A stretch of 64,000 nt of DNA from Promethearchaeati archaeon SRVP18_Atabeyarchaeia-1 (GTDB taxonomy: Archaea > Asgardarchaeota > Atabeyarchaeia > Atabeyarchaeales > Atabeyarchaeaceae), in assembly GCA_037308085.1 (NCBI GenBank), contig CP147779.1:352001-416000 (forward strand), in the 5' to 3' direction. Shown one piece after another: positions 59,047-64,000 of the stretch. Position numbers and translations under genes: made by a program. How positions within the stretch are numbered: position 1 is the first letter of the stretch; the number at the start of each line of letters is the position of its first letter. The notes under the pieces were generated by a model that saw only the letters and a list, made by a program, of their open reading frames with translations, ran no database searches and was not told the origin of the DNA.

Positions 59047-59631
59047 ATGGTAGCTCGTCGCATTGATATCAACTTCGCTTCCAGTAATCCCGACAAGATA
59101 TCCGAAGTCAGGGAAATTCTGAGGAACCACAATATTGGAACTAATCCAATGAATTCAAAGGTCAGAGAGATCCAAGCCAATAGTCTTGAGGAGATAGCAG
59201 CTGACTCGGCAAAGACCACCGCAGATTCCTTGGGCAAGACTGTTGTTGTGGAAGACGCCGGGCTATTCATAATCAGTCTGAGAGGCTTTCCTGGTCCCTA
59301 CTCTTCATACGTGCACAACGCCATTGGATGCGCAGGGATACTTCAACTGATGGAGAGAGAAACTGAGAGAAGCGCGGTCTTTCGATCCGCAGTGTCATAT
59401 TGTGATCCCAAGTCTGAACCCGAAGTTTTCACGGGTGAAATTAGAGGCGAGATCTCTCTCGCTGAGAGGAGCGGAAGGAGATTTGGCTACGACCCAATCT
59501 TCATTCCAGAGGAACTTGACGGAAGAGCTTTCTCAGAACTGAATCTGAATGAGAAAAACAGGATTTCACACCGATCTAGGGCTTTCGGGAAGCTTGCCCA
59601 CTGGCTTCTGCTGAAGGCGAAAAACCCATGA
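59047..59631 (+). CDS. rdgB: Non-canonical purine NTP pyrophosphatase (RdgB/HAM1)
   Basis: SSN..K..E, EDAGL, GFPGPYS, FGYDPIF and KN.ISHR. Confidence 0.94.
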   Translation: MVARRIDINFASSNPDKISEVREILRNHNIGTNPMNSKVREIQANSLEEIAADSAKTTADSLGKTVVVEDAGLFIISLRGFPGPYSSYVHNAIGCAGILQLMERETERSAVFRSAVSYCDPKSEPEVFTGEIRGEISLAERSGRRFGYDPIFIPEELDGRAFSELNLNEKNRISHRSRAFGKLAHWLLLKAKNP

Positions 59632-59772
59632 ACACCCTTGCCGATACCTCACCCGGGCAGGGCCCAAAGCACCAAAGATTTATAAAAAATGCGCGTTTAT
59701 CCTTCTCAACAAGCAATTTGAGACCTTCAAATGAGTATCATCCGCTGAGTCCATGGAAATCTGGTGTTGAAC

Positions 59773-60228
59773 TTGGCTAGAATGCACAGCAAAGCTCACG
59801 GGAAATCGGAGTCAAAGAGACCTATCAGAAGCAAGGCTCCCGATTGGGTTAAGGCTAAACCAGAATGGGTCGCCGACAAGGTTGTTGAATTAACCAGAAA
59901 GGGTATGTCTCAATCCATGATAGGTATGACCCTGCGCGACCAATATGGTATCCCGCTCACGAAACATGTGGCAGGCAAGAAGATATCCGAGATCTTGAAA
60001 GAGCGACAAGTCACCCCGGCGTTGCCGCAGGATTTGCTTGATCTCGTAAGAAAAGCCATAGATCTGAGAAGGCATCTCGAAAACAACAAGAAAGATCTTC
60101 ACGGGAAACTAGGGTTAATGAGGATCGAAAGTAAGGTCCATCGGTTAGCAAAATACTACGTTAGGGAAGGCGTGCTCCCGAAGGACTGGAAGTATGTGCC
60201 AGAGAAGATGGTCTTGTTGGTGAGGTAG
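59773..60228 (+). CDS. rps15: 30S ribosomal protein uS15
   Basis: MARMH, IG..LRDQYG and ESK..RL..YY. Confidence 0.97.
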   Translation: MARMHSKAHGKSESKRPIRSKAPDWVKAKPEWVADKVVELTRKGMSQSMIGMTLRDQYGIPLTKHVAGKKISEILKERQVTPALPQDLLDLVRKAIDLRRHLENNKKDLHGKLGLMRIESKVHRLAKYYVREGVLPKDWKYVPEKMVLLVR

Positions 60229-60405
60229 GAGAACCCCACCTCTATCCGCGTTCTCTTTTTGTGGATCCTTTCTCACCTTCTTCTTGTGTTGCTTGAGGGC
60301 GCTGCTACTTTAGTGTGTATCAAATACTAATAAGCGGGAGAAGCACAGTTCTTACAATCGAGATCCAGTCGGTCCGCAAGCGCGGTAAAAAGAGCAGGGC
60401 AGCTA

Positions 60406-61863
60406 GTGACTCAGATGGTAGAGCAACAACCTTATGCAGGTTTTTCTGAGAGCATAAATGAGACTGCCTCAAAGTTGCTGAACGAAATCTGCGGGCGCGC
60501 CAAGATAACTGTAATCTCCCACCTCGACTCAGATGGATTATCGGCAGCTGGAATCATATGCTCAGCCTTGCACAGATCAAATGCAAGATTCCATTTAAGA
60601 GTCCTGCGTCAACTCAGAAGGCAGAAAATCGAGGAACTAGCCCAAGAGCAGAAAGAAGTGTTCGTCTTTGTCGACCTAGGAAGTGGGCAGATTGATCAGA
60701 TAAGTGAATGCATGTCCAAGTCCAGAGTATTCATACTTGATCACCATCCGCCGGCGAACCCCGCTGCCAGAATATTTGCACATGTGAACCCGCATCTGTT
60801 CGGCATCGACGGAACAAACCAGGTTAGCGCATCGGGAGTAGCTTATTTCGTGGCAAAAGCCATGGATCCCTCTAACATCGCTCTCTCAGCCCTTGCTATT
60901 GTAGGGGCCATCGGAGACCAGCAGGACAAGGGCGAGCAACGGTCTCTGACTGGCTTGAATGCAGAAATAGTCAGAGATGCAGAGAAGGTCTCACTGGTTC
61001 AAGTGACTAAGGATATTAGACTTTTCGGAAGAGAGACCCGACCAATTCACGTGGCACTGGAGTATACGACAGAGCCATACGTGCCCGGTTTAACGGGAAA
61101 TGGAGACGCTTGCGCCAAGCTACTACTCAACCTTGGCATAAGGCTCAAGGAGGGAGAAACTTGGAGGACACTGTCGTCTCTAACACAAGAGGAGAAAACC
61201 AGGCTCGTGTCAGAGCTTGTCATGAGAATGATCTCAAGAGGAATGGATTCCAAAGATGCCGAGAGCATAATTGGGACAGTCTACACCTTCATCAAGGAGG
61301 ATAAGGGAACACCGCTTCGGGACGCTCGGGAATTCTCGTCATTACTAAATGCTTGTGGCAGAATGGGATACCCTGGTTTAGGTGTCGCCGTATGTATTGG
61401 AGACAGAGGAGAGGCTCTTAAGGAAACCCAGAACATACTCACGCAGTATCGTCGTAAGCTCGCGGAGTACCTAGAGTGGATCGAGAAACCCAACTTCGTC
61501 AAGGAGACCGAGCATCTTCAGTACTTCAATGGAGAGGACAAGATGGATGATCGGATGATAGGCCCAGTTACTTCAATCGCGATCGCTTCTCATATGTTGA
61601 AAACTGACAGACCCGTTGTAGCCCTTGCAAGCTCGGAAGACAACCTGACGAAGGTATCCGCTCGGGCTACAGATGAATTGGTCAAAAAAGGAATCAACCT
61701 TGGAAACGCAATAAGAGATGCCATTACCGGGATTAATGGGGAAGCAGAAGGCGGGGGGCACGACATCGCCGCTGGCGCCTTCATAACGCGAGGGCGTGAA
61801 GACATATTCTTGCTCAAGCTGGAAGATTCTATCAAGAAGCAGCTGGAAAACCGGAAATCATGA
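60406..61863 (+). CDS. DHH/RecJ-like nuclease (GAN/Cdc45-related)
   Basis: HLDSDG, DLGSG, DHH, NACGR and GGGH..AAG; conserved position after rps15. Confidence 0.9.
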   Translation: MTQMVEQQPYAGFSESINETASKLLNEICGRAKITVISHLDSDGLSAAGIICSALHRSNARFHLRVLRQLRRQKIEELAQEQKEVFVFVDLGSGQIDQISECMSKSRVFILDHHPPANPAARIFAHVNPHLFGIDGTNQVSASGVAYFVAKAMDPSNIALSALAIVGAIGDQQDKGEQRSLTGLNAEIVRDAEKVSLVQVTKDIRLFGRETRPIHVALEYTTEPYVPGLTGNGDACAKLLLNLGIRLKEGETWRTLSSLTQEEKTRLVSELVMRMISRGMDSKDAESIIGTVYTFIKEDKGTPLRDAREFSSLLNACGRMGYPGLGVAVCIGDRGEALKETQNILTQYRRKLAEYLEWIEKPNFVKETEHLQYFNGEDKMDDRMIGPVTSIAIASHMLKTDRPVVALASSEDNLTKVSARATDELVKKGINLGNAIRDAITGINGEAEGGGHDIAAGAFITRGREDIFLLKLEDSIKKQLENRKS

Positions 61864-62058
61864 AACAAAGCTATCGCCGAATATTATGCAAAGGAACCGA
61901 AGATCGCTTTGGTCAAGCGATCGCCAAGCCAGTCAACTCCGGTCATGATCAGCCAACCCAAAAGAGTTAAATCTGGTTCGTATACATCGTCTTTGAAACA
62001 TTCCAGCGGATCGCATGACCTGCAAGTGACCTTCGTCGAAAGGAGGAGTAGCTTTAAT

Positions 62059-62628
62059 TTGTCAAGCACATGGAGAACCAAGACATGGTACAACGTTGTA
62101 GCCCCGTCATATTTCGGAAACGTCGAGATAGCAAGTACACCCTCAAGTACCATTGAAAAACTCGTTGGACGAGTGATAGAGACATCGCTATATGATCTCA
62201 CAGGCGACTTCTCTCTAGCTCACGTCAAGCTGTACTTCAAAGTGAAGGAGATCAGGGGAAGCAACGCCGTAACCTCCTTCAAAGGACACGACTTCGCACG
62301 CGACTACCTCCGCAGCCTAGTAAGGCGAGGAAGCAGCCGCATAGCAGGAATCTTCGACGTTACAACAAAGGACGGCTACAAACTAAGAGCCACCAGCATC
62401 GCATTCTCAGTAGGCAGAGCAAGAACCAGCCAAAAGAAGATCATACGCGCAATAATGAAAGACATCGTAGAGAAGAAAGGAAAAGACCTCAAATTCGACA
62501 GCTTCGTCCAAGAAGCAGTCCTCGGCAAAATAGGATCAGAAATCTACAACGAAGCAAAGAAAACGCTTCCTTTACGGAAATGCGAAATAACCAAAACCAA
62601 GTTGCTCAGGGAGCCTGGAGTGACATGA
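62059..62628 (+). CDS. rps3ae: 30S ribosomal protein eS1 (S3ae)
   Basis: W..K.WY.V.AP, GR..E.SL.DL and DY.RSLVRR; TTG start at 62059 after AGGAGG. Confidence 0.96.
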   Translation: MSSTWRTKTWYNVVAPSYFGNVEIASTPSSTIEKLVGRVIETSLYDLTGDFSLAHVKLYFKVKEIRGSNAVTSFKGHDFARDYLRSLVRRGSSRIAGIFDVTTKDGYKLRATSIAFSVGRARTSQKKIIRAIMKDIVEKKGKDLKFDSFVQEAVLGKIGSEIYNEAKKTLPLRKCEITKTKLLREPGVT

Positions 62629-62637
62629 TGATGCCGG

Positions 62638-62646
62638 TCTTTTTTG
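62638..62646 (+). terminator. Oligo-T tract after rps3ae
   Basis: T-run of about 7 nt starting about 10 nt after the stop codon, between convergent genes. Confidence 0.45.
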
Positions 62647-62657
62647 GGGCTGGTTGG

Positions 62658-63593
62658 CTAGTAGAGGCCGCCTGCTATTAGGGGCTTTATCCTGGCATAG
62701 CTTTCTTTGATTTGTGGGATCTCCTTCCCTAGAACGTACTCCTTAGTCTCTCGAATCGTTCTAAGCAGTTGGGGGTCTCCCGTGGAGTATCCTCCGGCCA
62801 GTCCTTGCATTAGGAATCTTGTTAGGAATACTTCATCTGTTCCCGGTTGGGACAGTATGATGCCAGGGAGGTCCATCATGTATTCGCGGGCCTCGGTGGC
62901 GAGTCTAATTGTGTCAGGGGGATCAACGTACTTCGCCACTTTGCGCTTGGCCCATTCTCCCAGCTCGTTTCCAACAAGTATCCTGTTGGCGAATTCTGGG
63001 TGAGAGCTGAGGATTTTTAGACCTTGTTCGGTGGAGTACGTATTGGGGTCCGAGCAGTGCTCCTCAAGTTCCTTAAACGCGTCCTTGAATGCGGTGAAAA
63101 CCTTTACGGCCAATACGCCTCGGTCATACTCCTGGATGGACGAAGGCTTGTCGATGATCGAAAACGGTATCTCCACAGCGTGCTCATTTACAATGAGGTC
63201 GGTGACCCCATCATACTCCTTCCGCGCCGAACTTATGACGTCCAGTAGATGCGGAGAGATCACGATTCCAGAGACCTCTCTGCAGTCTAAGACTAGACCG
63301 CCCCCAACCCGGAAGGTGGAGTGGAATACTCCCGGTCCCACGACAAGAAGATGTACGTCCTCTGGCGAGGTGCCAACGACGTGGATGGAGCTAACCAGCA
63401 TGATTACCCAGTTTCTCACTATCTTCTCGATCTCTCTTCCGCGGTATAGCCATTTCCGAGAGTCGATTCCCATAAGGTCATTCCAGTCCTTAATAAGAAA
63501 CAGCAATTTGACGTTGCTCGAGAAATTCCTTCCAGCGATCATTTCCGCAAGAAACGACCTAGAGATGATGCCAGCCATTTCTAATTCCTCCAA
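62658..63593 (-). CDS. Hypothetical protein
   Basis: 311-aa ORF with protein-like composition; no motif recognised. Confidence 0.6.
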   Translation of the reverse strand: MEELEMAGIISRSFLAEMIAGRNFSSNVKLLFLIKDWNDLMGIDSRKWLYRGREIEKIVRNWVIMLVSSIHVVGTSPEDVHLLVVGPGVFHSTFRVGGGLVLDCREVSGIVISPHLLDVISSARKEYDGVTDLIVNEHAVEIPFSIIDKPSSIQEYDRGVLAVKVFTAFKDAFKELEEHCSDPNTYSTEQGLKILSSHPEFANRILVGNELGEWAKRKVAKYVDPPDTIRLATEAREYMMDLPGIILSQPGTDEVFLTRFLMQGLAGGYSTGDPQLLRTIRETKEYVLGKEIPQIKESYARIKPLIAGGLY

Positions 63594-63789
63594 AGACCGT
63601 AATCCAACTCACTCAGAGAAGCCGCGCTCCCCCTTTATTTGCCAGTTTCAGAGCACGGAATGATTCACTGATAGATTTAAGTCTTCCTTCCTACCCGTGA
63701 TCTGCAAGCAGGTTCTATCACCGTGATAGCTGTACGATCGATTGTCAATCCTCTGGAATAGATTCTGTTGGCTAGGGCGTTGTGGAAGT

Positions 63790-64000
63790 TTGGCAAAGGT
63801 CTTTGAAACCAACTCAATCAGGAAGGATCTTAGAAAGGTAAGAACGAAGTTTGCGATATGCTATCCCGAACCATACAGGGTCGGAATGTCCTGCATGGCG
63901 ATCCATACGATCTATTCCATGCTTAATTCTCTTAGAGACGTCGCATGTGAGAGAGCATTCCTTCAGCCTGCTTCTCCAGATGGAACGCGAACACTTGAGT
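63790..64000 (+). CDS. Radical SAM / B12-binding-like protein N-terminus (partial; not in ORF track)
   Basis: Manual translation MAKVFETNSIRKD...FAICYPEPYRVGMSCMAIHTIYSMLN...CERAF...TLE, matching the YP..Y.vGMS family N-terminus. Confidence 0.7.
   Translation, partial: MAKVFETNSIRKDLRKVRTKFAICYPEPYRVGMSCMAIHTIYSMLNSLRDVACERAFLQPASPDGTRTLE

Noticed and set aside
63031-63663. 210-aa plus-strand ORF
   Set aside because: Ser/Thr-rich antisense shadow of the 311-aa minus-strand ORF.

Overview
Archaeal chromosomal core region. A coiled-coil-fused Arf/Rab-like small GTPase points to an Asgard-type lineage, but this is inference and a TACK relative is not excluded. The window holds a nurA-herA pair, egsA, psmB, aCPSF1, sepF, lsm-rpl37e, most of the S10/spc and alpha ribosomal-protein clusters with secY, cbf5 and rpoD/N, an archaeal (modified) mevalonate-pathway cluster, and the rpl7ae-infB-aIF2gamma-rpoE-kae1/bud32-rps15-rps3ae block. 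The main signal is pervasive bulge-helix-bulge (BHB) intron splicing. The six tRNA genes carry 14 introns in total and none is at the canonical 37/38 site. One intron splits the Val anticodon (34/35) and one sits in the Ser acceptor stem (68/69). The cbf5 mRNA has a 41-nt BHB intron inside its catalytic Asp codon. Other observations: three genes appear to need near-cognate start codons (ATC, ACG, and ATT for aIF2-gamma); rps14 is inverted and missed by the ORF track; the native mvk seems to have been replaced by an inserted mvk-ubiD-acnX cassette; there is a DNA methyltransferase/RadA chimeric pseudogene; and eS31 has a histone-H1-like tandem-repeat N-terminus. All calls come from manual reading and motif recognition; no database searches were run.
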